Of a stretch of DNA of 64,000 nucleotides, positions 42,401 through 54,400 are shown in pieces. The translations under genes and the position numbers were made by a program. This stretch comes from Amphiscolops sp. MND2022 (lineage: Eukaryota): positions 44,704,001 to 44,768,000 of the forward strand of contig OZ076409.1 of the NCBI GenBank assembly GCA_964187785.1, read 5' to 3'. The notes beneath the pieces are model-generated. The model was given only the letters and a program-made list of their open reading frames with translations. It made no database searches and was not told where the DNA came from. The stretch's first letter is position 1; each line of letters opens with the position of its first letter.

Positions 42401-45400
42401 ACGCAGTTGACCACACAACATTGAAGAAATAAACTCAAACTTTTATACATGAATATCTTGTGACGTGGCCGTGCTACATGCATCATCCATACATTTGAGC
42501 AGAATAAACCATTTTATCTAGACATTAAACCTTCTTCTAGTTTTTGACGTATTTGTATTCAGTACGTTGAATCGTGTGCTAAAAAGTACTTGCAATTTTA
42601 TTACTCATTCCATAACCTATCATATAGTCGATGTTGGTGCTACGACGTCATCATATAGTAACATGTATTATCTTCAACGTTAGTGATACAATATCGGCAT
42701 ACTTTCACAAAAGCAATTATACTACATATAGTACTAGTATGTATTGAACAATGAATCATGTAACCATAGCAACGTACTATCACTGCACTCATACCATTAG
42801 ACGCAAATTGCGCTACCAAACACAAGGTGCTAATTAACACCATCATATAATGCAATATGATTGGTTGATGAGGGCACGTGACCAACATCACCATACCAAA
42901 CAGCAGGTGCCAACTGACGGCCATTAACAATTGCTATACGACGACGTGCAGTTACCATCTACATCAACTTTGCAATAACCTTCAGTAACAATATATACCT
43001 AAAAATCGTCCTTCAATAATTCAAATAAACTTAAAAAACCTCCAACTTTGTCTTTATGGTTAACACGAGATCTCAGACAGCAAGAAATAATCTAGTAGAT
43101 ATTAGCAGAATGGATAGAAACAGCGACTCTGAGAGCGATAGTAGTGTACCCGAGATCCTTACGAGAGATCAAATAAACGAGTTCAATAATGGTGATTTAC
43201 TAAACTATCAGAATGGTAATGATAGACATGCAGTGGACTTACGTTTTTCCGAAATGAATAAACAGGTTACCGCTTTAACGAACCTCGTCCTAGCACTAAT
43301 TGAAAAGATATCCTCTAGCAATAGAGAAGGGAACGAATTAAACACTGTCTCAATTGACACGAGACACGTTCCGACAGTATCCCTCGTGTGCAGTGTCAAT
43401 GAGTGGTCCACTGAATTATAAAGCAAGCAGGTTGAGGGAAACTTACTGCATCGGATAAATTTCACCGCATGTTACGAAAAAGTATGTTTATTTAAAGCCT
43501 ACCCTCTTCACTAACTGCTCTGAATTTTTTCTATCAAATTTATTGACATTTCTAATTGCAGAAAGCATTTTCCAAGTCCGGAAGATGTCATTGTTGGTTC
43601 GTTTATCGTACTGTGTATGACAGTTTCCTCAATAATTGTTCCTAAACATATTCAAACAGACTTTCCGCTTTTTTAGCCTTAGGCGGTCCTCCACTTTTTG
43701 TTCAAGTTGAACTTTTATAAAACCGAATAATTGGCGTTTGTCCGGTTAGATTTTGGCAAGAAGGCGATACAAATTTCCTTAAAAAACTGTCAGTTTCAAA
43801 TCTGTATACGAGCTTTTAGTTGATATTGTTCTGTTAGTTTCTTTTTCGAACAATTGATGTTCGAAGGTGTTCAATTTTTTTTCTGAAAGCGTCTTCTAGC
43901 AATATAAGAAAAACTTAGCAATACCAAGGACCCTCTTGTTGCCTAATCAATTTTGCTGGCGCATAAAAATAATAGTCCTAGTGATCGTTCGAGACGAGAC
44001 TTCAATTCGACAAGATTTATTTTGGCCAAACCGAATAATTGGCTCCGTCTCCAAGTATCATGCCCGTCGTAGATAACTTGAAGAACAAGGAACATACCGA
44101 TAAAGCCAAATTCCGATTTCTTAAGAACACGGATCAAAATAGCTTCAGGAAAACAGAATGAAAATTATATATTACATTGCAAATGAGCCGTTCATTTTCT
44201 GTTTAGAGAGAACTTCATTTGATATTATTGTCACCAAAGAGGGTACTTTCGATGCTGATCTAGAGTCCTCAACCTCTGATGTCTATAACAGTTATTGCAA
44301 TGAAATCAAAACGGAAGTTAGTAAGCTGATTTGAAACATTCCAAATAAACTTTTTTGGTAAGTATAGTTTTTGCTTGAGTGAATCGTGTTAACGTTAAAA
44401 AGTGCACAAGTTTGAAAAAAATTAAACTCTGAAACGGAAATTGGTATGACTTTGGAACTTCTAAAAAATGCGCCTTAAAAAATCCATCCGTGTTCTGTAG
44501 ACACCCACTCCCTAGTTTTTCATCGTTGCAAATTTCTCTGAATCGCTAACCAAAGTATGAATTGAGTTTTTTGGGAGTGCAATTCAAACGGATCTTCAAA
44601 ATAGGCCATTTAAAAATGGATGGGTAAATCCTTATTTTTATGATCCATCCATACAGTTTCTTATTACACTGGCATGTGCACACTTGGAAAGTTCACCTAT
44701 TGCTACACTAGGGTACAAAAAATCCACTCGATTTCGCTAACAAAAAAATCAAAATTTCCCCAAAATACCATGTGAAATAACTTTTTAAATTTTCATTCGA
44801 TTTCACAAAAACTACCGTTTTAATTCTCATCAAAATCTGAAACTTCTCCACGTGAGACTTTTTTGTCAAATACATGTCATAAGAAAACGTTTACTGTAAA
44901 ACTTTTTTGTCTATGAAATTAGCTGTTTTTAGCTTTTTGGTACCATAGTGTATAACCAATGACTCACGGATTCAGTATGATTAGGATACAATTTTATCTT
45001 AATCATACTGAATCCTTGATTCCTGAATCCTTATTAATAAGCAAATCTTTGACAATTGTCAATTTTTTAAAACGTTTTCTGGCCTAATGAAAGTTGAATG
45101 AATAGCTACACGAGATTTGGAGATTTCCATTTAAACTCTTTCCAAAATTTTGATAATGTCAAAAGTAATAAAAGTGTTTTTTGTTTCAGGTGACAAATTT
45201 TTTCACGAGCCAACAGATCACCGTTTTGAGCATTGAGTGCAAAGAATTCATTGGAGGCAGCATTACTTCTAAGCTAGGGGTAAATTTTGAAGTGGAGGAT
45301 GGAGAGAACAGAGACACCGTAACAGCAGACAGGAAGCTGCAAGTTTATGACGCACTATCTACTGAAGCAGCTAGGACCACTCTGGAAATGACAGAGTTTC

Positions 45401-48400
45401 AAGTCTTGAGTCAGTGAAATAAGTTCTAAGCTTGAAAAAAACCCACAAAAATTCCGATGAAAAAAATCTTTGAAAACAACATCAGATGCTTCAATGCCCC
45501 GTTTTCCAGCTTCAAAGAAAAAATCTTGCGTAGACTTTCTTGCAAGAGCTGAGAATATGAATTTTGCCGGAATTATCTGCAGATATGGTAGTCCCCTGCA
45601 AAATTTTTGCAGAAACTATTTGATATTCCGAGATTCTGTAAGATTTTTCGGAAGACATCTGGCGAATCAACTACAATGATTGGGTTAAAAATTCTAGAGC
45701 AATGAGCCGTTGAAATTTAAGAATAGAGGCGTGTTTTACAGATGCAGACAACTCAGTATTTACAACTACTACTACAACTACGACAACGACCACTTCTACG
45801 ACGACAACGACAACAACAACTACCACGACTACTACTACAACCACCACTACAGGCGAGGCAGAAATTCACGAGATCTTTGGCGAGACCTCGCATATGAATT
45901 CGATGAAATTATTGAGTAAAATATTCACATAAGTTATGGAGAAGCTCGAACGAAGTTCATTGCACTGTTAAAATGACTGATTTACCTGAAAACGCATGCA
46001 TTTTGCCTTAAAGTATTTCAACTTTTTAAAAATTTTTCGATTTCACAATAAAGATAACCCTTGTAATATTGATCGAAAACTGAGAAAGTTTAGCTCGTGG
46101 GACCTTTGTGTCAATTGTGAAGCAAATTGTTGCGGTTTGAAATCGAGTGTCTTTAGCTTTTTGGTACCCTAGTTTAACTCAGGTAACTTTCTAGTTGCGG
46201 TTGCCCGAGACAACTTATCGGGCAATTTTCTCCCGCTGTTTTTACAGTGTATCATTTGTATTGCCTATGTATAGGCCCATAGAGTAATATATCCAAAGGG
46301 TATGAAATGCCCAAAGGGTATGAAAATAATCAAGTGTAAGTCAATCCCCGCGTAAAGACAGAAAAATTATAAAGCGTTATCGAACATGTATAACACTCAT
46401 TATTTTAATGAAAGCTCCAACGATGCATGCTTCCGAATCATATGCAAAGTGCCTGACTTCACGCAGTTCTGTATGAACCCAAAAATATCAATTTTTTGAA
46501 AATACATGTTGATAACACACTTTTACGTGAATGTCTGCCACTGGCACGTACTACAGCAACTCCAATTTCGAAGCAAGAGGAGGAAGAGACGAACACACTG
46601 TTGATCATTCTCATCGTAATCTCTTGTGTGTTTTTTGTGCTAGTAATCCTCATTCTCATTGCTCTTATCTTTTTCATGAGGAGTCAGCCTGAAGAGCCAC
46701 CTCCGAGAGGCAATGTTGAGAGGACTCCCACTTTCACATCTCAGGTGAACCACCAATGTTTTCACTCAATTTCGGACAAGAGGAGGAATGGCTGTGTTCT
46801 CTTTTTTCTTTTTTTTTTCAGGTTTTGTTGTTTTTGCTGATCTATATTGAGATTCATTTAAGTACGTCTAGACTCGGTTCGAGTCCTGCGCGAGAACAAA
46901 AGTTTTTATGCCTTTGGGATCATTCCGATCTAAACAACTTCTTTTCAGAAGTTTTCCAAACCGAAGTTCCTTTGATCTTTAGCAAGAGCAAGAGCTTTGC
47001 GAGCATTGAGGGCCTCTTAGGTCTCTTCGGCACTGTGCGATTTATCGGATAAAGTTTTTTTGAAAACTTTTTGAACACTTTCTTTGAAAAAACTTTCTTT
47101 AGGTGGCACTTTCTTCTTTTTTTTGTTTTTTGAGAACATCGGTTGAGAAAAATTGTTTTCCGAGCCGTAAGGGTAACCTATCTGTTTTTTTTGGCCCTGT
47201 GGGACTGATGAAAAGTTTCTCAAAAACTGTGAAAAGACTTGCGGTTTTTTCGGCTCTGTACAACTTTTCACGTATTTTTTTCTCGTTTGACTAGGCGTTC
47301 ACTGCTTTGGTTATTTTTAATGTATTCACCTTAGAATCGCGTTTTTTAACCGGAGGGTCAATGTCTTTGGGTGATTTTTGGCATTTTTTCAAACCTCGGA
47401 AATATCACGAGTCCTGGTTTTTTTGGTATTTTCAGATAAAGGTTGTTTTTTCTTTTACCTCGGAATGTATCCTTGGAAATATTCTGTTGTTATAGAATAC
47501 GAAAACCATCGCGCTGCCATTGTGCCTCTTGTTACTGCCTTTCTTCATCTACTTCTGTCAATAGGTACTAGATGCTGGAAAGTTATAGAGTTGTTTTAAT
47601 TTGGCCAAGGGGTTAACGCGTATTTTTCAGTGTGTTGTTATTGCGCGTTGTTGAGAAGAGAGAGAGAGAGAAGTTAATTTCCCCATTACCGCGGGGTGGA
47701 CGCCGAATAAGCAGTTCTGCTTTTCTAAGTCGGCGCCATTTCGGATACTATCTCCCCATAGCAAGCTATGGTACCATATTTGCAGCCAAGTGGTCAAGTA
47801 ATGGTGGACTTGAAGCTGTGGTTTCAAAGTGACTTGCTCAAGGTCACAAAGGTCTGACTGCTCACCGTTGCTCTTTTTGTTTTGCTTTTCTCCGCCAAAT
47901 GCGTTATTTTTTGTCATTGACCATACCACTAAGCCAGGGATGAAGAAGAAGAAGAAGAAGTTTATTTAACTGGATAGCATGAAACAAAATAATACAAATA
48001 ATTATTTATCATTAAAATTTATCCAGTTAGGACACCAGATGAGCATAATTGCTCTTCGAGCTAGTGCCCTTTTTGCATATAATAGAAGCACCAACTTGCA
48101 TGCTATCTTGCTCGGTTAAATGTTTTAGGCACAAAAATAGAGACAAAAAAGTTCTTTATTGTCAGTGATGTATAGGTCGTTGACAAGTTTTAGATGTTTT
48201 TTCAATTGCTCTTGGCTCAAATTTAGCAAGTTAGGGGGTATTAGGTTCAATTCAGTCAACCAATTATAAGCTTTCATTAATGAATTTGCTAAACATTTTT
48301 TCTTGACTACAGTTCGAGACGCAATTGGAGCGAAAACTCCTTTGGAGTTCCATCTTGTTGTCGTGTTGGACTTGGGCAATTTTTCAAAGTCTAGTAATTT

Positions 48401-51400
48401 CAATGGAGAATCAGATCTCATTTCTTTGAAAACTTCAGAAACCACTTCGTTCAAGAAAAGCTCGTAGACAGTATTGATTTTGTTCACAGCAAGTATTTCT
48501 TGCAAGGAATCTTGTCGTTTTCTGAAAAAAATAGCTCGTAGAATTCTTCTTTGTACACTCTCAATTCTAGATAGATTAGTTTTGGCCGCGGCTCCGTAAA
48601 TTAATAAGCCATATGTTATGATCGATTTAGCATACGCGTTGTAAAACATTAACAAACATTTTTTAGGGTACAGATGCCTTACGTGGTAAATTAAACCGCA
48701 GAATTTATTCAGTTTTTTCACAACATAATCTATGTGGTCTCTGAAAGTCAGCGTTGGATCAATGTAAACACCTAAATATTTGCAACAGGGTTTGTAATGT
48801 AAATGGTTATCTTTGATCTGAACTTCATCAGGTATGCCCCTTCCAAAATGAATCGCTTCACATTTATCGACATTGATTGTCAATTTGTTAGCATCGAACC
48901 AATGGGTCATTACTTTCACATCTTTGCGGATAAGAGAATCAGTTCTACGACCTGCTTTGATAACTGTCGTGTCGTCCGCGAACATTGTTAAAGAACTTTC
49001 GGTGCAAGCATTGTCTAGGTCATTAATATACAGTAGAAAAAGAAAAGGGCCTAGCACTGATCCTTGTGGAACACCACATAAAACTTTACCTTTCTTTGAT
49101 GTCTTGTCAAGAGAGTCAATGTATTGTAATCGGTTGGTTAAGAAAGTTTCAATTAGGTTGAAAATTTTTCCTCTGAAACCATTTATTTCCAGTTTGCGTA
49201 ATAAAATTGAATGATCAATCGTGTCAAATGCTTTACTCAAATCGACGAAGCAGGCTTGTCCTGTTTCCTTTCTATCAATTGAATCTCTGATATACTCAGT
49301 AATTTTAGCGATCGCGTGGATACATGACTTTTTAGGTCTGAAACCGAACTGATTTAAAGATAGGAGTTTACACTTTTCACTAAAGCCTAACATCCTTTTA
49401 AGGAGAACTGATTCAAAAACTTTGCTCAAGGGGCTTAACAAACTGATAGGTCTGTAGTTTCCTGGTTCTTTTTTATCACCTTTCTTGTGCCAAGGAATGA
49501 CCTTCGATACTTTCAAACATTCGGGAAAAATTTCTTCTGTTATGCATTTGTTTACGGCTTTTGCAAGATAGCATTCAATGATGGGAGAACAACATTTCAA
49601 AATTTCGTTTGAGATTCCATCATAACCTGCACTCTTCTTGTTTTTCATTTTGCATAAGATCTTGGAAATCTCCTGTTCATTAGTTTCGCTCAAGAGCATA
49701 GTCTTTGGTTGCATTTCAATAGGGAAAGTTGAAGATGTTTCTTGAATTTTTTTGGACAAAAGTGACCCGACACAAAGAAAATAATTATTTAAAATTTCAA
49801 CGTCAGGGAGATTATTTGCGTTTTCTGCCTGATTTTTCTTCGTTTTCAACGTTTTGTAGATTTGCTTGGGTGTTGGATTTTCCCCCAGTTTTTTGAAATT
49901 TTCGTTTCTTTTTTCTTTTCGGATTAATTTGGTAACGTTATTACGTGCAGTTTTGTATCGTTCGCGATTCGTTTTTGCGGGATTTTGAATCCATTTTTCG
50001 AACAAAATATTCCTTTTTACAATTGCATTTTTGATTTCGTTAGTGATCCAAGTCTCCTTGAAATGTTTTTTATTATTCTCAGCACGCTTTTCAGGTGCAA
50101 ATTTATCTACTGTTTCCATGATTGTTTTTGCCAATGCGTCCATGTAATCATTTGCATTCATATGTTGTGGGAGTTTTTTCAACTTTTGATCGAGAAGAAA
50201 GAGAAAATTTAGTGCCTTTTCCCCTTTAAGGTTTTTTAAATTCCGAACTTTAGCACATGGTGGATCATGTTGTTTGTTTGCTAAATTATGAGATACTTGA
50301 GCGGAAACCGTGAAATGATCGCTTATTGTTGTTTGCAAGGTTTCAGTTTCAATTGAATTAGTTGTAATAAAATGATCGATACACGTTTTTGACGTCGGTG
50401 TTACCCGTGTTGGCTCGAAATTTCTTATTCCTAGATTATAAGCACTTAGCAGATTTTTGTAATCTCGTTGAGCTTTCTCGTCTTTCAGTGTGTCGATGTT
50501 GAAATCTCCGAAGATTAAAATTTCCTGGTTCATTGAACTTAAGAAATACAGTAGTTTCTCCAATTCCTCGAAAGATCTGGCTAGTCTGAATGTCTCGGGT
50601 CTATATAAAACACAAAAAACCATCTTTTTATCAAAAAATGTCACTTGGAATATTGCGCATTCGATAACAGTTTCAAAATTGATCGACTGATACTCACATG
50701 CCTCTGAAAAATATGCTCCTACACCGCCCGACCTTCGTTTAGAAAAAGTTCGAGGTTTTGATTCAAAAGGTTGATAGCTTTTGATGTTCAACTTATCTAT
50801 AGGGTCATTTTCAGTTAACCAAGTTTCCTTTACTTGTCATCGTATCGAGAAGCAAAGCTAAGTCAGGTTGATGGAATCTCAAAGATTGAACGTTTAGGCC
50901 TAAAATGGTTGATCTTTTTGGTGCTTCATCATGAAAAGAAATAGCTGACATTTCAGAATTTTTGTTTCAGGATTCTCAATCACTGCTTCCATTAGATTCT
51001 TTATTGCGTTCGTCTTGGTTTGCAGCTTTTTTTGATGGCGGCGACTGTTTCTCTACCAGTAACGTAAAAAGTTTCTCAGTGAGATTGAATAATTTATCCA
51101 GCTTGTCACTCTGATCAGGTTGTTTCTCGTTTGAGGGAGAATTAAATGCAACGTGTCGATTTCGTTTGGCCGGTGTTTTCTTTTCATCCATGTTCACTTC
51201 GTTAGTGGGATATTTTTCCATGCCCCACTCAGTGAGCTCGCTTGAGGAGACCATTTTGTTCCCAATAGCATCAGCTTGTATACGGCTGTCCACCGGGTAC
51301 CATGTTTTATCATGTTCCGAAACCTTGACTCGTACTTGATTTTTGTGAGTAGCTGTTATGAAGTGTTTTTCTTTTCTACAGTAGTTGTAAACGTCGCGAT

Positions 51401-54400
51401 CATTTTCAGCAAGCCTTTCGTTGACATAAATAATTGACTTTGTTTGGGGATCAAAAAAAGAATTACGTTGTTCCCAAACTTTATCACGTTGATGATTGTA
51501 AAGAAATTTAACGATAATTGGTTTGTTTCTCCCATCACCGGGAAGATAATGACATGCTGCAATATCACAAGGCTCGATTGGAATATGTACTGACCTGATG
51601 ATTTCCACAATTTTATGTACCGGGTACTCACCACCATCTCGTACCGGGTACTCACCACCATCTCGTACCGGAGGACTTGCTTAAGGACCAACAATGGTGA
51701 GTTGAGAGAGATTCGAACCTGATACCGCCCCAGTACAGGCCGAATGCTCTAACCACTACGCCATGGTTTGCTTGCAAAGGTAAAGAAAAGACTGAAGAAA
51801 AGACTTTTGTTTTCTCGGCAATGCGTCACTTCTTTCTAGAATTATATCGAATGAAGAAGTTTCTTGTCATTTTTGATCATGTTAAGTCAGGCTAATATTT
51901 GGGTTAGCAAAAGCTGACGAAGGCATCAGGTGCACCAAAGGACTCTCTTGGTTTCATTACGTTGTTCAAATTTTTCAACTAAATTGAATGAGACCAACGC
52001 TCCTTTTTGTTTGTTTTTTTTGGCACTTTTTGGTCGCTAGGTGGGTCTTTTTTGGTTACGGATGGTTTCAAAAAAAGTACTGCTTATTTCAGGCCTGAAG
52101 GTCTTTTCTTGGCGTAACTTTGGCACTCTGTGACATTCATGGAAAACATTTATGTACCCCTGATACAACGTTACCTTCGATTATTGATTTTTCCTATTAG
52201 AAAATAGTTTTTTTTTCAGCGTAAAAGGTTCTGTACTTTTCTCATGTAAATAACGCCTTTTCTGTTGAAAATTACGGTATAACTAATCTTATAATTAAAA
52301 CGAATGTATAACCGAGTTTTTGTCGGACTGAAACTCGAGATGTATTAAGTGGCACCAGAAAATTTTTTCTAATTTGAAAATCATCATATGCGTATTATTA
52401 TGAATTATAACGATGAAAGTTCCCTTCGTCCATGTATTCTCATTTTAATCTCGAATTTTATTGGGTCTTACGAAGTCGAATACGGGGCGAGGACTTTCCG
52501 AAACGCTATCTCGGAACTCTATATGGACTCAATCGTGTAGGCGCATGAACTTTTTTTGAAACAAGAGAGACATCACAAGATTAAGATTTCCATGAACGTT
52601 TTTTGTCAAACAATTGAGGCCTGAATGTGTCTAATTTTCTTCTAAAGATATTTTTTTGCAGAATACAAAAAATATCACCGTGCCACTGTGCCTCTTGTTT
52701 TGCATTATTTGTTCGAATAGGCCTAATTTGTCATTCACTGTGGAATTTTTAATGCTTTCAAGTACCACTAGAACTAGAAAATTTTCTTCAAAAAACACGG
52801 AAAAGTTCAATGAGTGAACCTGAAAAAAAGAAGTGATCAAATCATGGAAGCTTCGACCTACATATAACCATATACACTTGCGCTAAGTTCTGTCCAATGC
52901 CTCAATCCGATTGCTTTCCATGTGATTCAGTGTATGAAAATGGCATGAAATCATGTGGTTTTGAACAGGGAAAGATATAACTTCCTTTCACAGTTACTAG
53001 GTGGTGGACATTTTAAAGTCGGTCGAACTTCTTCCATTGCATAAGTTCACCTTTTACTTTCTCTCTCGATTCTAAACTCCGACAGCCGTCCGAAAAATCT
53101 CGAAAGTTTCAGTTGCTTTAGATAAACAAGTTATAGTGTCAATTGATGGTCCCATCAAGCCTACATGGGCATATGAACTTTAGTTTTTCAGGGAATTGAT
53201 GAATGTTTCAGACTTTTAATGGAAAAAATGATAGTTCCCTTAAGCTCTATCTCTATTTATTATTCAGTAGCTGTTTCTGAGTACATGTATATGTGCGTGT
53301 GTTATTACAGCAATCCACTCTTCCCATGAAACAGATCTATCCCAACCTGGCTTACGAGAGAGAAGAAGCTGGCTTGCAGCCAACCAGTCCCCCTGCCGAA
53401 TTTGTGCCCTCTGGTTAGCTCTCATCTAAACTAAACAAGCCGGAACCGGCCCAAGTCGGCGCCCCGCTCAAGTTTCTGAAATATTTTCAAAGATTAAACT
53501 ATAACTATTGTTAAAATTTTATCAATTTTTCAGTGCCGAAAAATACCCGAAGGGATACGCATAACGCTCGAAAATAAGAAAATTACTTTTTGCCTCACTG
53601 CAAAAAAAACTCAGTTTTTCGATTTTTTTTTCATCGGAAAAAGTCTCAAAGTGCCAAAAATGGAACTTTTAAAGGGGACACTATTGAGAAAACTTGTATT
53701 TACAGTACTAAAAATACCGGAAGGTACCGAAAATACCCATAAGACTCGAAAACCGCGTTTTCTGTAACTCGAAACATCTAAAAATTAATGATTGTTTTTT
53801 TCATTTCAGTTTTTTTCACTGAAATAGTTTGGCTAAGTTGAAAAAATAAGGTCTTACAATACCGAAAAAAAATCGAAAGGGGAGACCCTTTTGTAACATT
53901 GAAAAATTCTGGTTGTATCCGGAATTCGGTATATCCAGTTAGTATCAAATACGGTATGGGTTATGTTATTGTCAAAGGGGACTCCTTTGCACTTTTTACA
54001 GCTCAAATGTAGTATGTAGATGGCCAAACGGGATTTTGCCAAAATGGAAGAACTTTTGGTAGAACTATTTTGGACAGTTCAGGTGTATTGAAAAAAACTG
54101 ACGAATAGCCATGACTATAGAAAGCGCCTACTAAAAATACGCAGACATAACTCACTTGATTTTTTAATAATTGTGATGCTTGCCAAAAAGGAAATGCTCA
54201 TATCAGAAGAATCAGCTGAAACATTTTAGAACTTCATAGTATTAATGCTAGTGAATTCACTTGAACTAAAAAATTTTTCAAAGCACTTTAGATAGAACAT
54301 GTTTTTGATTTTAAAAAAAAGCTCTTTTAAGGGGCAAAAAATGATCAGCTCGGTTATTCACCAATTATAGACGTTTTTTTCAGACCCAAATGAACGCTAC

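Larger units (their letters stand above)
27794..43376 (+). mobile_element. Gypsy/Ty3 LTR retrotransposon, 15.6 kb, full length but decayed
   Basis: About 1.15-kb LTR pair; 5-bp TSD GTATC (27789-27793 and 43377-43381); PBS; PPT; gag-PR-RT-RH-INT order. Confidence 0.96.
47942..51610 (-). mobile_element. Non-LTR retrotransposon (CR1/L2 group), 5'-truncated
   Basis: Partial ORF1, APE-RT ORF2, and a 3' end with AATAAA followed by a (CTT)n tail at 47942-47960. Confidence 0.93.

Noticed and set aside
43562..43614. Possible extra host exon (ttgcag|...|gtatga)
   Set aside because: Phases do not fit between exons ending 25440 and starting 44207, which already join in frame.
45710..45919. ORF rich in Y/N/D/H
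   Set aside because: Off-frame reading of the poly-Thr exon.
51690..51768. tRNA gene (also 57038-57105)
   Set aside because: A and B boxes present but no convincing cloverleaf; treated as SINE heads.
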